From Eledone cirrhosa (lineage: Eukaryota), in the NCBI GenBank assembly GCA_964016885.1, contig OZ024740.1, forward strand, positions 299,274,001 through 299,338,000: a DNA stretch of 64,000 bases. Reading direction: 5' to 3'. Of this stretch, positions 13,462 through 28,014 are shown in pieces (positions within the stretch are counted from its first letter, which is position 1; the number at the start of each line of letters is the position of its first letter). Under the pieces are notes generated by a model that worked only from the letters and a program-made list of their open reading frames with translations, searched no databases and was not told where the DNA came from. A program made the position numbers and the translations under genes.

Positions 13462-13959
13462 TGTATATATGCTCACGCACGAACACATGTACACATTCAC
13501 AAATATAGTTCAGTGACCGCAAATATACGTAATGTAGTGAGGCAACACATTTCAATTAGTTAAAATTAGAGGGTAAAATTAATTAACCCAATGATTACTT
13601 CTGATGAAGAATGGCAGGATAGAAAAATTCAAAATTTAGAATTTAAATTAAACTATATTAAATTAGGCAAATAATTGAATTAATGCCTGTAGTGAGGAGT
13701 AATTCTGAAAGTTCGGTGACAACATTTCAAATAACAAAAAAAAAAAAAAAAAAAAAAATGCATACAGTAATCTTAACGTTTCGTAAAAGAACATAAATTT
13801 ATCGATCGAATCGTTTCCATCCAATTTTGTGCTAGTATGTAATTTATCACCCACAGGCTGACAGAATACATGGTTATTCCAATGAAGGATTTGAAATCTT
13901 AACGTAAGAATTGTAACTAAGTAAATTACATTTATTGATTTCTAAACAATGAAAAAAGA

Positions 13960-14140
13960 CTAAACATTTGGGAGGAGACGAAATTGACTCGATTGAATCA
14001 TTTACTTACTTGATTGGGGCTTATTTCATTTATCCCTAAAACACAAAGTTGGTTACGGCAGCATTTGAGCCCAGAACATGAAAATATATAACTAAATTCT
14101 AGAACACGTTTCATCCGAAACTTTAAGGATTCTACTATCC
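13960..14140 (-). mobile_element. Old diverged tRNA-SINE
   Basis: Decayed GCATTTGAGCCCAGAAC (box B, reverse strand) and TTATTTCATTTATCCCT similar to the SINE core. Confidence 0.45.
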
Positions 14141-14159
14141 AAACAGAAAATGATAGCAT

Positions 14160-14336
14160 CAGACCTGTCAACTCTCCCTGACACTTTGGGCTGGGTGAGA
14201 GACGTCTTCTCTTGTGAAAATGGGTATAACTTTCATTATATAAAATCTCCCTATTTTACCTCATTTCTCATCGTTTTGGGACACTTTTTTTTTATATAGA
14301 ACTCTCCGTTTGGGCTTTTAGAGGTTGGCAGGTCTG
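14160..14336. mobile_element. hAT-like MITE
   Basis: TIRs CAGACCTGTCAAC / GTTGGCAGGTCTG; no clean 8-bp TSD. Confidence 0.5.
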
Positions 14337-14713
14337 AAGCATTTTCATAGGAATCGTTAAAGAGAAAAGGTACCTTCATGCTTCCATTGATTTTTGATTG
14401 AATAAATATCAACATTTACACTGTCTAGTACGTTTTCTGTTCACATAGACACACACAGAAAATACCCCCCCCCCTCCACACACACACACGTATATACGAT
14501 GATATATAATATAAACTGCATAGACACACATATGTATCTATATCTTTTATTGAAAAACTCAACATTAAAAAATGGGCCGGTTTCTAACCAAGAAATAAGT
14601 TTCTTTCATTGGAATTTGGATAGCATAAACTACGTATGTCTGCCTCTATGTATGTATGCTGTGGAAGATGAAACAGATATATGCATAAACAAATATATAA
14701 ATATATAATTACA

Positions 14714-14781
<68 letters not shown>

Positions 14782-15162
14782 CTAGCTTCAAAGTGCCATA
14801 TATTACCACATTTTCGAGCGATCAATGGCCGGCTTTGCTATATTGAGGAAACTGACTGGCCAGTCTGCTGATGTGCAAATCTGGCTGATCAGTGGATCTG
14901 CTAATATACTAACATGCAAATCATATATTTTCACTAGCTCTGACAGTTCGCAGATGAACAGTGAACTGTACTGATGAAGGGTAATACCCAGAAACATTAA
15001 GGTTTACAGTTCTGTTTACATGCCAATACAATAGCAAGATTGAGGGGCATGACATGGCTTTAAAAATGAGGCTTGTTTGCATAATTGCAAACGAATCGAA
15101 TATTATTATTAATATTCGAAAAACTCAGATTGCATTTATTGTATTCAGCCATGTAGAGCGAA

Positions 15163-15212
<50 letters not shown>

Positions 15213-15214
<2 letters not shown>

Positions 15215-15494
15215 TACCAACATTAGATTAAAGATGTCATGTCTGAGAATATCAGCATGCACCATATCACCCTTGGAATCAGCTCAAAGATTCCAAGTAA
15301 TGAATCCGAGCATTTATTAACATTAAATTACAAGTTGAATGACATATATATATATAAAATAAACATATCAAACAATTACAGGGGATAATTTGTAAAGAGT
15401 GTACGAAGGTAACATATCAAAAATTAACAAGAACCTTGAATATAGATACCTTGCAATAATAATTAATATATATTAATATATATATATATATATA

Positions 15495-15570
<76 letters not shown>

Positions 15571-15670
15571 TATATATATTAATATATATTAATTATTATT
15601 GCAAGGTATCTATATTCAAGGTTCTTGTTAATTTTTTATATGTTACCTCCGTACACTCTTTACAAATTAT
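15213..15670. mobile_element. Fold-back PLE-type element with (TA)n core and one-sided tail
   Basis: Arms 15385-15500 and 15565-15670 are inverted repeats; the left extension carries the GCTC...TT-GAGC hairpin (15282-15311, minus strand). Confidence 0.65.
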
Positions 15671-15694
15671 TATATATATATATATATATCCCAA

Positions 15695-15952
15695 ATGTCA
15701 GCTAAAGTGATACAGAGGAGACTGAGGTTAGCTGGACATGCTCACCGACATGCAGAGTTGGCATTGCACTCAGTGCTCCTTTGGGAGCCGCTACATGGAC
15801 ACACTAGAAGAGGAAGACCAACGTTAACGTATGTTGATGCCCTAAGGACAGACACTGGTCTGTTGGAGACGCAGGACATGGCAGCGATAATGAGGGACAG
15901 AGACCGCTGGAGAGAACTCGTCCATGGATCTCGGGAATTTTACCCGCCTTAG
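15695..15952 (+). mobile_element. 3' end of RTE/RTE-X-like LINE ORF2
   Basis: RRLRLAGH..RH...LLWEP.HG...RGRP.LTYVD.L..DTGL...M.DRD.WR motif; in (TA)n. Confidence 0.85.
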
Positions 15953-16163
15953 ATATATATATATATATATACACAGATGACTGATCAACACAGTGTGAAA
16001 AATTACGAGAATTGTTCTATGACTGTAATAAGGTGTAGAAAGAGAAATAAGAGGCTGTGTTGGGAGGGGGGGGGGTTATTAATCTGTGTAATGTTATGTT
16101 AATTTGTTACTCCTTGTTTGGATGCTTGGGCAGCAATTGTATATTTTGAAGAATAGAGCCTAT

Positions 16164-16740
16164 ATACACTCAGGTGTTGAATACTCACCCCCACCCCTCC
16201 CCTCATCCAGCTTACTAATTTTTCAGATTTTTTTTCAATCTCCGCATTTATTCATCCCCGATCTCGCTAATTAAAATTTACGAATCTCTCTCCGGCGAAA
16301 TTTTATTGTGATTCATATTGATACAGAAGCTGGAGAATTTAATAATTGTATCTACAATAGGCACAAGGCCAGCAATTATTCCAGTGTACTTTATTTTATC
16401 GATCCCCGTTAGGATGAAAGGCAAAGTTAACCTCGATGGGATTTGAACTCAGAATTGCAAGGGCCGTAACTCTATACGTCAAAGCATGTCGTCCAATCCT
16501 CTACCGATACTGCCAATTCACCGCTGGAGAATTTAATAATGATTTTATTTTACTTTAAAAAACATTATATATGACAAAAACAAAACATTACAAGAAATTC
16601 CATATTTACAATTGTCCACTATACAATTACCGATTTCCCAGTCCACCCGTTTTTTCCAACAACCTCTTATAAGAATTTTAGCAAACGTCCAACCTCCCCG
16701 TTTATCCCAACACTGCCCTATTATTTGCGACCCGAGAGTA
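16164..16740. mobile_element. Degenerate DNA-transposon MITE interrupted by a SINE
   Basis: Imperfect TIRs TACACTCAGGTGTTGAATA / TATTTGCGACCCGAGAGTA. Confidence 0.45.
16347..16523 (-). mobile_element. tRNA-derived Meta-domain SINE with 18-bp TSD
   Basis: Box A/B head, GCCTTTCATCCT..GGGGATCGATAAAATAAAGTA core; TSD GCTGGAGAATTTAATAAT at 16329 and 16523. Confidence 0.9.
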
Positions 16741-17029
16741 GTTGAACATGTTTTTATCACATTTTGAAGTGTTTTGAAGTGGGTAATGTTATCACAAATA
16801 ATTTTATAGCACTTATCTATATACTAATACGTATGTATGTATGCATGTATGTGTGTATGTATGTATGCCTATATGTATGTCTGAATGTTTGTATATGAAT
16901 GCATGCCTGTATGTATGCATGCGTGTAAGTAAGTATATATGTATGTACTTGCGTACGAATATATATACGCATGTAAGTATGTATGTATGTATGTATATAT
17001 GCATGTATGTTTGTATGTATGTATGTATG

Positions 17030-17467
17030 TTAAGAGTCAATGGCCATCCAAAATCACCGGGAGAGATGACCCCTTAGCCTTTGTCAAGGCAGAATTCTAG
17101 GAGAAGGAAAACTCTGATATAACACCTGCAACTCTGATGGTATCCAATGATGTTGACTTGTTCTTCTTTTTGGTAAATATCATCTTGGTTAAGAGAGTGG
17201 GACTGGCTTTGTGCAGTGCCTTTGCTCACTATAAAAGCTTCACGGCACAGGCATTGCTTTGTATCTGGAGATCTCTCTGCACTTGTCGTCACATGGTACC
17301 ATGGGCCTAGCACTATGTGTCAATAATTGTCACAAGTGTAGTGTTTGTACCAGAGTTTTCAAGTCGCTGGCTGCACTAAAAAGTCACATTCGTTCAGTGC
17401 ATCGGTAGGAGTTCTCCTACATGGATATAAAGTAGTGGCCGTACTCGAAAACGAGTTGGCAGCCACC
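17030..17467 (+). mobile_element. RTE-derived bipartite element (copy 2, 5'-truncated)
   Basis: Near-identical to 4500-4937; (TATG)n flanks. Confidence 0.8.
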
Positions 17468-18057
17468 ATGTTTGTATGTATGTATGTATATTCGATCCTT
17501 CAATTTCCATTTGTATAGACAAATCTGAAATTTTGGCAACATACGTCAATATAGCGATTCAAATATTACCGATTCCCTGTAAAAGGTTACTGACCCCTGT
17601 CCGAATAGAATGCTGCTGAGAATTTGCCTTAAGTAATATGTGGATGAACAAAAGTGATTAGAATTTCCCATCGTGTAAATGTTTCTTCGAATAAATAAAG
17701 CTTTCTATGTATTCTAGTTTGTTGTTAGTATCGAAGGACTTTCTTGGTTGGAACTGATTAATTCTATGTAGTCCGATAGGATGTCATTATTCTTCGGTTT
17801 GTTTAACAATTCAGTGCCCTGTTGTTCTGGTATATGTAATAATAGAAGCAGCTTGAGGGAGGGGAAGGAAGGCTGAACGGAAATTACGGAAACAGTAGGA
17901 ATGTAAGTATATCGCAGACACACATTGCTTTATAAGACAGTATGTATGTAAGCGCGTTAATGCATATATACAGATGTGTGCACTTATTTATTTACACATA
18001 TACAATATATATATATACATATGCAATACACACACACTTACAGACACGCATATGTGT

Positions 18058-18129
<72 letters not shown>

Positions 18130-18293
18130 CTGTGTGGCTGTGTAGTTGTCAATGCAGAATGTTAAGAAAAAATACAATTTGTAAAGGGTGTACTCGACTA
18201 CAGCTGTTCAAATAGAGAAACACCTGCTTCTGAAAGTGACTTCAGAAAGCGTTTCACTTCATTACGTCGATTCAGTAATCGAATAAAACTCAT

Positions 18294-18328
<35 letters not shown>

Positions 18329-18960
18329 ACACACACATTTATTTATACATATATATGCTGAAACCCAAATATGATTTAGGATTCAAGCAATCCTACTGTA
18401 GTAGTAAATTCCGTATATATCGTGCCTTTAATCCATTTTCGATTGGTTCAACAATACCCCTAAAGAAAGTTATGAAAATCCTCAGATCGATTTTTCTTTC
18501 TTATTTAAAATCCGAAGGAACAACAAGTTTATAAAGTATATTATTACGCTTTGGTTTGCTAGCCTGTGGCACAGTTTCACCAAATACAATTAATACTATA
18601 TCAGTAATATAGTTGCAAATAATATATGTCTCAGCAATGAATACATTGTATCTCTTCTGGGTGGATAAAATATTAGACAAGCAGTTGATAGCTTTTCTTG
18701 CCCTGAAACGCTTTAAATATGATGGAGATTCCATTTTACTTTGCATGACACAGAGCTTGTGGTGTATGTTTAAATTCGATCACAATACTATATATATTTA
18801 CATATATGTCACATACCTATACGAAACCCAGTATGCAAATTAGCGTATCCCTTGTAAATATATTTCTGCCTAGCATATACACCACTATCTCGCCTGCTCT
18901 ATTTCTTTCTAAATACACACACACACATACACACATAGACCCCCCCCCCACACACACGCG

Positions 18961-19007
<47 letters not shown>

Positions 19008-19153
19008 CCCCCCACACACACAAACAAATACTTCCACAAAATCACGTGCATACACGCAATAGATTAATTATATTATAATAATACAGTTTGCAGGAGGGAA
19101 TTAATTTGCTAGTGTAAAGATTCAGTAGATGAATGAAATATAATTATATCCAA

Positions 19154-19338
19154 GGTGGATTGGCAGTATCGGTAGAGGGTTTGACGCCATGCTTTCCAGC
19201 ATAGTTACGTCCCTTTACGATCTGAGTTCAAATCCCGCCGAGGTTGACTTTGCCTTTCATCCTTACGGGGTCGATAAAATAAAGTACCAGTAATGCACTG
19301 GGTAATTGCTGGCCTTGTGCCTAAAGTAGAAACAATTA
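19154..19338 (+). mobile_element. tRNA-derived Meta-domain SINE
   Basis: TGGCAGTATCGG box A, GAGTTCAAATCC box B, GCCTTTCATCCTTACGGGGTCGATAAAATAAAGTACCAG core. Confidence 0.9.
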
Positions 19339-19616
19339 TATATAAAATCATTTTGGAAAAAATGTTATTTCAAAGTCCATGAAGCTGTCATTTATAAATT
19401 TTGGTCGTTTCTATCATGTACGTTTGCTGGTTAAGTGAACATAACTCTTTATGTCTACATGTGCATTTTCAACTGTACTTTTAGCTAGGTCAATGTTATT
19501 TCGTTTTTCATATTTTCAGTACAAATAACTTTCAGGCAGCATACATTGAACATAAATTTATAACGTTGCAGACTGAGGAAGAGATTATCTATCAGTTCTA
19601 GCAATATTATTGGTGG

Positions 19617-19859
19617 TTGCACGAAACGACCTTCAGAGAAAAGACCACACACCAAACTTGCGATCCATGTGTGGGTACTAATCTTTCTATCAAATGGAAT
19701 ATCCTTGAAGGATCCGGACCCTACACAGATGGCTGGATCACATGTCAATTGTGTACAGCAGAAAGATGGAACATTATAAACAAACTATACAACCCTATCA
19801 ACTGTGTAAATAGGAGGGCAAATTTCTTCAATCGTGTCCCCACACCTCTGATTACATAG
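19617..19859 (+). pseudogene. Nematis-like PLE GIY-YIG C-terminal relic
   Basis: KRPHTKLAIHVW (alternative frame) plus IKWNILE..GPY..G..TCQLCTAE; parallels the relic at 9600-9980. Confidence 0.7.
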
Positions 19860-20089
19860 TGAGAAATTAGAAATCTACATCATTACCACATTAAAAATAC
19901 GTCAACACCACGGAGGCTACTCACTGACCACCAATATCGTCTGTCATTTTCTCTGGACATTCTTCTCTAAACGTTTACGGTATTTCTGGTGCATTTTAAA
20001 ACCTGGGGGAACGCAATCCTTTCCAGGTCGGAACACAGCAAATTTCTTCTAGAAGGACATAGAGAAGGACAGAATGAAAATGAGAAATA

Positions 20090-20243
20090 TAGAACAAGAT
20101 TCGATCCCAGTTCTAGATTGATACATGTTTATCGACCTCGAATATATGAAAGGAAAAGTTGACCTCAGTGGGATTTGAACTCAGAGAGCAGAGAGCCGAA
20201 AGTGATACCACTAAGAATTCTATCCGACTGTCAATTCACCGCC
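20090..20243 (-). mobile_element. Diverged tRNA-SINE
   Basis: GGGATTTGAACTCAG, TATCGACC and CAATTCACCGCC match the SINE on the reverse strand. Confidence 0.7.
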
Positions 20244-20915
20244 TTTGTGTAGATATATATGGCAACTTAACTGAAATATAGATATTTACATGGGTGATCA
20301 GCACCAATATTATTTCATTATTACTAACTTCAAAGATATGAATATTAACGATCTTAATGTATTCCACTTCTAAGGGATTTCAAAGCGTTTGTAATCAAGA
20401 AGTAGTAAGCATTTCATGTTTAATATATCAACTACCAAGAAAGCTATGCAAGTTGTTTTCTTAAGAAAACCCGTGCTTTATTCTTTTTATTGGGCATAAA
20501 AATAAAATATTAATTAGAAGTCATGAATGACATATTTGAATAATTAGTGTAGTCTGGAAAATTATGAAGCTATTTTAACCAATTTATATGAATTAATTAA
20601 CTAAAACCAAGTTTATAATAATGTAATAAACAACAGGGTGGTGTTACTAAGTAATTATTTTGAACTGATTAACAGTATGGCATTATTTAATTAAACTAAG
20701 CATAACAGCAAATCAAATTGATAACAGGTGAAACTAGAAAGCCTGTAAAATATTTTAACCAATTAACAAGATGATATGAAGTAATTAACACAGTACAACA
20801 ATAGCAATAATTATTAACCAGATAACAATACTGAGTGATTGTTCAAATCCGAAGTTAATCAACTTATTAAGACGTGAACACAAATTAATTACTTCATTCG
20901 CTAATATGTGTCAAC

Positions 20916-20947
<32 letters not shown>

Positions 20948-20950
<3 letters not shown>

Positions 20951-21389
20951 AAAGTTATATTTAAATTGTTGGGTTACAACTAGTAAATATTTATAACTGA
21001 TATAAAAGCACTCGACAAGTATTTGGAGTATATTTACGATATTAAATAAATGGAAACTATATTTATAAAACCATATTTATTTCATTATATATATTTCAGG
21101 GATATCATATTAACAATATGCTATGCCTTCCTCAGACAAAATACAATATAAACAGTTTTATAGATAAATAGATTTGACATACCGTACAACATCGACTTGT
21201 TGACTGCCAATTCAACTTTTCAAATACAAGTCGATGGTGTACGGTATGTCAAATCTATTTATCTATAAAACTGTTTATATTGTATTTTGTCTGAGGAAGG
21301 CATAGCATATTGTTAATATGATATCCCTGAAATATATATAATGAAATAAATATGGTTTTATAAATATAGTTTCCATTTATTTAATATCG

Positions 21390-21390
<1 letters not shown>
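20948..21390. mobile_element. PLE family C fold-back element with two opposed HHRs
   Basis: Near-perfect inverted arms 21036-21200 and 21226-21390; HHRs at 21078-21143 (-) and 21283-21348 (+, CTGAGGA core); tail on the left only. Confidence 0.85.
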
Positions 21391-21421
<31 letters not shown>

Positions 21422-21565
21422 ATTATATGTATGACAGTAATTATGTATGTAGGTGTTTGTGTGTTAGTGCGTGCTCGTTTGTATAACTATCTATCTATGT
21501 ATCTATCTATCTTCCTTTCTTTCTCGCCCTGTCTCTGTCTGACTGTCTGTTTCTCTTTCTCTCTC

Positions 21566-21776
<211 letters not shown>

Positions 21777-21793
21777 ATAATAATATAATATAT

Positions 21794-21825
<32 letters not shown>

Positions 21826-21835
21826 ATATATATAT

Positions 21836-23160
21836 AATGAAAAATTGAACAGGGACAGAACAGAGAGGCAGTACAATAAATGTTTATTAAATTCACGCTC
21901 AGGAGAGTGGGGGGTAGGTGGGGGACGACGTTTCGGGCATAAACCCTTCTTCAGGTGAGAAGTGTGTGGGAACAGAGTTCAAAAGGTGTGTAGGGGAGTG
22001 GTGGAGAGACATATAGCGAAAGGAAACGGTGCGAATGAAAAATTAACAAATAAAGACAAAAAATATAATAAATAAAAATAAAGCATGATCAAAATACAAG
22101 GAATGAGAAAATTTAAAAATAAAGGCATGATCAAAATAAACTGAAATTAAAAAGGGGGTAAACAGGTGGTGGAAGGGTGTGGGGTGAGTAGGGGTGGTGG
22201 CGGGTGGAGTGGGGAGAGGGAGACGGGGTGTCCGAGCAGGGAGGGCTGAAGGTGGTGTGTGTGGTTAGGTGTGCGTGTGTGTGTGTGTGTGTGTGTATGT
22301 GAAAGTGAGGGTTGGGGAAAGAACGGGGTTGCATGTTCAGGAGGCTGTGTGTGGGGGGTGTTTTTTGTGGGTCGGAGTGTCTGTGCGTGTGTGGATAGGG
22401 AGGTGGGGGGAGAGGAATCAGGAGGCTGAGGGTGTAAATATGTGGTGGGAAGCACGTGTGTGTGGTTTAAGCGTGTTGTGGGTGTGGGTGGTGTGTGGAT
22501 AAAAAAATTGTTTGGGGTGTGTGTGTGGGTGAGTTATAGGTGATGGTGTAAGAGGATGGTTGAAAAGTTGGTAAGTTCCACGGATGTTTGGAGATTTGGT
22601 TAGAAGTCAATTTCGCGTGTGGGTAATCCAAGAAGCGGTGGTCGGAAGAGGAGAGATGTGGGGTGCGCGCGCAACAGGAAGTGGTCAGCAGTGGGAGTGC
22701 TGTGGTCAGTTGGTGCTGAGAGGTGGTCGGAAGGGCATAGCAGCAGTCGGTGGAATGGTAGGGAGGCGAGGATGGGTAGGTGTGAGAGTTGGGGTGAGGA
22801 GGGTGTGTGTGTGTGTGTATTAGTAGGGGTGTTAGTGGGATGAGTGAGTGTGGAGCGGGGAGAGAAGGGTGTGTGTGGTTCTATGGAGGGAGTGTGGTGT
22901 ACTGGTGTGTGTGTAGTTGGGTGAAGAGGGGTTAGTGGGTGTTAGTATACGGGAGGTGGGGAGGGGTGGAATGCAGGTGTGAGTGGGGGTTAGTGGTGGT
23001 AGGGTGTGTAGAGTTGGTGGTGTACGAGGGTGTGTGGGTACGTGTGCGTGGGGTTGGGGGGTGTTAGTGATGTTAGTTGCATGTGGGTGGGTGGTGTAAG
23101 TGGGTGCGTGTGTGCGTGTGATAAGGATGGGGGAGGAGGAGAAGAGGGGAGGGAAGGGAT
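21836..23160 (-). mobile_element. PLE 3' fragment with GT-rich UTR and HHR core
   Basis: CTGAAGA-AGGGTTTATGCCC-GAAA-CGTCG-TC at 21924-21954 (stem I unpaired); AATAAA downstream; (TA)n flanks. Confidence 0.6.
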
Positions 23161-23211
23161 GTTAATATATATATTATATATTATATATATATAATATAAT
23201 ATATATAATAT

Positions 23212-23286
<75 letters not shown>

Positions 23287-23293
<7 letters not shown>

Positions 23294-23432
23294 ATACTTG
23301 GGGAGGGTCATATTTGTGTAATATTGCCAGAACACACTCACTGTTATTAATTCTGGCAATATTACACAAATATGACCCTCCCCAAGTATAACAATATTTG
23401 TTTCGACACACAATTTCATATAAAAAACCTCG

Positions 23433-23434
<2 letters not shown>
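23287..23434. mobile_element. Miniature fold-back related to the family A terminus
   Basis: ATTGTTATACTTGGGGAGGGTCAT arms match 5766-5790 and 60463-60488; tail on the right. Confidence 0.75.
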
Positions 23435-23496
<62 letters not shown>

Positions 23497-23501
<5 letters not shown>

Positions 23502-23912
23502 TAAAAAGAAAAGAAAATGCTGACAAATTGTTCCCAGTGAAAAATAGTTTAATTAGGAATAAGTAAAAATTAGTAATAAGTATTGGTTAGTATTCAGTTT
23601 TATTTTAAGTTTTTACCGGTTGCGCATTTCTAATACTTTTCAAAATAATTTTGAGATAGAGCGACGTGATGTTTGCTCTAATCTGATTAGAGCAAACATC
23701 ACGGGCGCTCTATCTCAAAATTATTTTTGAAAAGCATTAGAAATGCGCAACTGGTAAAAACTTAAAACTAAAACTGAATACTAACCAATACTTATTACTA
23801 ATTTTTACTTATTCCTAATTAAACTATTTTTCACTGAGAACAATTTGTCAGCATTTTCTTTTCCTTTTACTAATATATCACAACTCGTGTGTTACACCTC
23901 TATTCTTTTAAA
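23497..23912. mobile_element. About 190-bp-arm fold-back element with one-sided tail in (TA)n
   Basis: Inverted arms centred on CTCTAATCTGATTAGAG (about 23685); tail CAACTCGTGTG resembles 63091-63120. Confidence 0.8.
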
Positions 23913-23920
23913 TATATATA

Positions 23921-24093
23921 TAAAGAAAGTGTGGTAAGAAACCAGGTGGACCATAGCGTACCAGAGTACTCAATGCTTACGGTAGTAGAGTAGATAATAG
24001 GAAAAATGTCAGGACTCCGACGGCTGAGCTCTGACCTTTTCGACAGCTAGATCCGTTCGGAGCTCAGCCGTCGGGGTCCTGACTCTTTTCCTA
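23921..24093 (-). mobile_element. Short half-hammerhead fold-back element (family E)
   Basis: Homologous to 46199-46393. Confidence 0.75.
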
Positions 24094-24523
24094 TATATGT
24101 ATATATATAAGAAAAGAGTTGCTCATTAAATCTGACCATAGAAACATTGTTTCCATTCTTATTTCTACTATCTAGCGTTCGCAAATTGTAGGATTCCCTC
24201 CGACGGTTTAACAGTTCTCTCAATCCACTGTCTTTATTTATCGATCCCGAAAAAACGAAATTTATTAGAAAAACCAATGCCTCACAGCAATTTGTAGTCT
24301 TAGCAATGACGATGCGCAAATATGCTCATCCAATATTTATCAGCATCACCAAGAAAATTCATATAATATCAAATTACACTAAATTCAGACCTACATCTTA
24401 CTTACTAGCTTTCATAAAATGACAACTGAAAATATAAATATATTATGTACGAATATTAAAATAAATATGAGTATTCAATGTAAGATATATATATGTATAT
24501 ATATGTGTATATATATGTGTATA

Positions 24524-24662
<139 letters not shown>

Positions 24663-24736
24663 ATTTATATATATATATATAGTTATATAGACAGATATAG
24701 ATATAGATACAAGTAGACATATATCATATATATATA

Positions 24737-24905
24737 TAACGAAGGAGTTATGGTAAGGAACCAGATGCACTTAACGCACCAGAGTACTCAATACTGAGGG
24801 TAGTAGAGTGGGTAATAGGAAAATGTATGACCCCGACGGCTGAGATGGACAGAAATAGCCGTCGAAACGGCTTGAGCTCTGCCGCCGGGGTCATTCATTT
24901 TCCTA
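24737..24905 (-). mobile_element. Family E short fold-back element
   Basis: Homologous to 46199-46393; (TA)n flanks. Confidence 0.8.
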
Positions 24906-25339
24906 TATATATATTTATCCATGGAAAGAATAACAGAAAGATATAGTCTCTTTTCCTCGGTCAACATCAGAAAATAACTACGATTTTGGTGCCTTATGAT
25001 TGATAGCATTCATTTCAGTGTACATTGGGACCTAACAGAATAGGTAGCGATAAATACTGGACATGTTATGCTTTTAGGCAAATTACACAAACATAGATGA
25101 AAAAGTATCCTCAGTACACGAACTGTGAAGAAAGGGAGAGAGCGGTGCGTAGGTATTAGCCAGAGGAGAAAAATATAGAAAGGATATAAATAGTAACACA
25201 GAAGAGAATAATACGGACTGTAGTACAAGGTGTAGTCAAAGAAGAATGAGTCGGAGAAAAGGTAAGAAGGGAGAATAGAGGAAGAGCGACCGGTGGTGTG
25301 ATGTCATATATACTCGTACTTTGTTTTTTTTTTTGTATT

Positions 25340-25662
25340 TTATTTTCACCTGGGAGTGAAAGGCCCCCCAGTTGTTGTCCCAACACCTTTCTAGGAGAGG
25401 GAAACTCTGAAAAGAAAAACCTGTAACTTCGGAAGCATCCGATAATTTTGACTAGTTCTCCTATTCGGGTAGTGTTTTGATGCTCAGAGTGTGGGATTGG
25501 TCGAGTGCAAGGCTTTTCCTCACTTAAAAAACCTTCAAAACACAGGCATTGATTTATGAGGATATGTTACAGGGTTGTGTGGCTGGCCGTAGCCTAAAAG
25601 TGCACCAAACCCTATAATCTGACAAGCGATTGCAATACTATTAGCAGAGTTTGCAGCTATCA
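25340..25662 (+). mobile_element. Second, diverged RTE-derived non-autonomous element
   Basis: CTAGGAGAGGGAAACTCTGA, CTCACTTAAAAAACCTTC..CACAGGCATTG and 3' GAGTTTGCAGCTATC(ATGT)n parallel the 4334 family. Confidence 0.55.
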
Positions 25663-25740
25663 TGTATGTATGTATGTATGTATGTATGTATGTATGTTGG
25701 TATATACACATGTGTGTGTATATATATATATATATGTCAG

Positions 25741-26337
25741 GTCACCAGTTGGTGCTACCGGTAACATGTATCTCAGTACAACCTGTCTCATGGTCGGGTC
25801 GTTGGCGACTAAACTGGCAACCCCACCAAGGTTTCTTGGTGAGGAGGGTGACTTTGGACATCCTGCAGGACTAAAAATAAAACCTGTCAAAGGGCAAAGG
25901 AGCTCTTAAGAGTCAATGGCCATCCAAAATCACCGGGAGAGATGACCCCTTAGCCTTTGTCAAGGCAGAATTCTAGGAGAAGGAAAACTCTGATATAACA
26001 CCTGCAACCCTGATGGTATCCAATGATGTTGACTTCTTTTTGGTAAATATCATCTTGGTTAAGAGAGTGGGACTGGCTTTGTGCAGTGCCTTTGCTCACT
26101 ATAAAAGCTTCACGGCACAGGCATTGCTTTATATCTGGAGATCTCTCTGCACTTGTCATCACATGGTACCATGGGCCCAGCACTATGTGTCAATAATTGT
26201 CACAAGTGTAGTGTTTGTACCAGAGTTTTGAAGTCGCTGGCTGAACTAAAAATCACACTCGTTCAGCGCATCGGTAGGGGTTCCCCTACATGGATCTAAA
26301 GTAGTGGCCGTACTCGAAAACGAGTTGGCAGCCACCA
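25741..26337 (+). mobile_element. RTE-derived bipartite element (copy 3)
   Basis: Near-identical to 4334-4937, same 5' end GTCACCAG; (TATG)n tail. Confidence 0.8.
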
Positions 26338-26930
26338 TCTATGTATGTATGTATGTATGTATGTATGTATGTATGTATGTATGTATGTATGTATGTATGT
26401 ATGTGTGTATGTGGGTATGTGTGTGTTTGTATGTGTTTGTGAATGTACCACACTAACAAAAGTATTGTAAGCCCCACATTACCAACTATAACACGATACA
26501 CTGCATCATATTACAACCCAAGACACTACATTACCCACCACAAATCTCGTCACATAACACGACACCGAACCAACCAATGATATAATGGCCACATATATTA
26601 TCTACAGCCACAATATATCTTCCTATTGTTTCTGCATTAGAAAGCAGTGAGTAAAATGCACCCTCATTTCAGTCAACTGATTCTGAAAGAATGGAACTCC
26701 CATCCTAAAATCACCCGCTTCTGACAACGACATCTCTACAACCACCATCACAAACACCACCATCACCACCACCTTCACCACCACCACCAACCGCCAACAC
26801 CACCAACCCCTGCACTACCACCATTATCACCATTACCACCACCACCAACACCATATATATATGTGTGTGTATATAATATATATACATACACACACACACA
26901 CATAAGTCTCACTATTTAGATTTAATAAAA

Positions 26931-27010
<80 letters not shown>

Positions 27011-27128
27011 CAAACATACATATATATGTGAGTATATAAATAAGTGTATATATATATATAGGTGTTTGTGTGCGTGTATTTGTGTGTTTGTGTGTATGTG
27101 TGTGTATTTGTATTAGCGTGTGTGTGTA

Positions 27129-27169
<41 letters not shown>

Positions 27170-27532
27170 GTGTGTGTATGTGTGTGTGTGTGTGTGCGTG
27201 TGTATGTGTGTGTATGTATGTGTGTGTTTTTTTGTGTGTGTAAGTCCCTGCACTAAAAAGCGCAGCTGTGTAACGAAATGGTAGTATATAACTGTTATAA
27301 TATTTTCTGCTAGGTTCTCTTACTTTCTCCAAGGAATGAAGAAACTAAAGAAAGAAAACCCAAATAAATCTTAAGAATGTGCAGAATGAAAACCAGGTGA
27401 GGCAAAAGTATTTTAAGACGTTCCATTGAACGCATGCAAACTGGTTCTTTTTATCTTTTGATCGAACACACGCAAGCCGCTTCTTTTATCTATAACTGCT
27501 TTGTGAAATGAGAGAGAGAGAGTGAGAGAGAT

Positions 27533-27585
<53 letters not shown>

Positions 27586-27742
27586 GAGAGAGAGGTGGTG
27601 GGGGTGGGGGTGAAATGATAATGATAGCAACAATAATAATAAAAATAATAATGACGATACACACATACACACACATACACGTTTATATATGTACGCACAT
27701 ATATATGTATATATATATATTTACACACATTCAAACACACAT

Positions 27743-27793
<51 letters not shown>

Positions 27794-27911
27794 CGCGTGT
27801 CCATATATATATATACATATATATCGACGCACATACGCATATATATATATGTATGTATATATATATATATCCATATTTACACATACACATATTTATATAT
27901 ATATATGTATC

Positions 27912-28014
<103 letters not shown>

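Noticed and set aside
19154-19240. tRNA gene
   Set aside because: Box A/B are present but there is no cloverleaf; this is the head of a multi-copy SINE.
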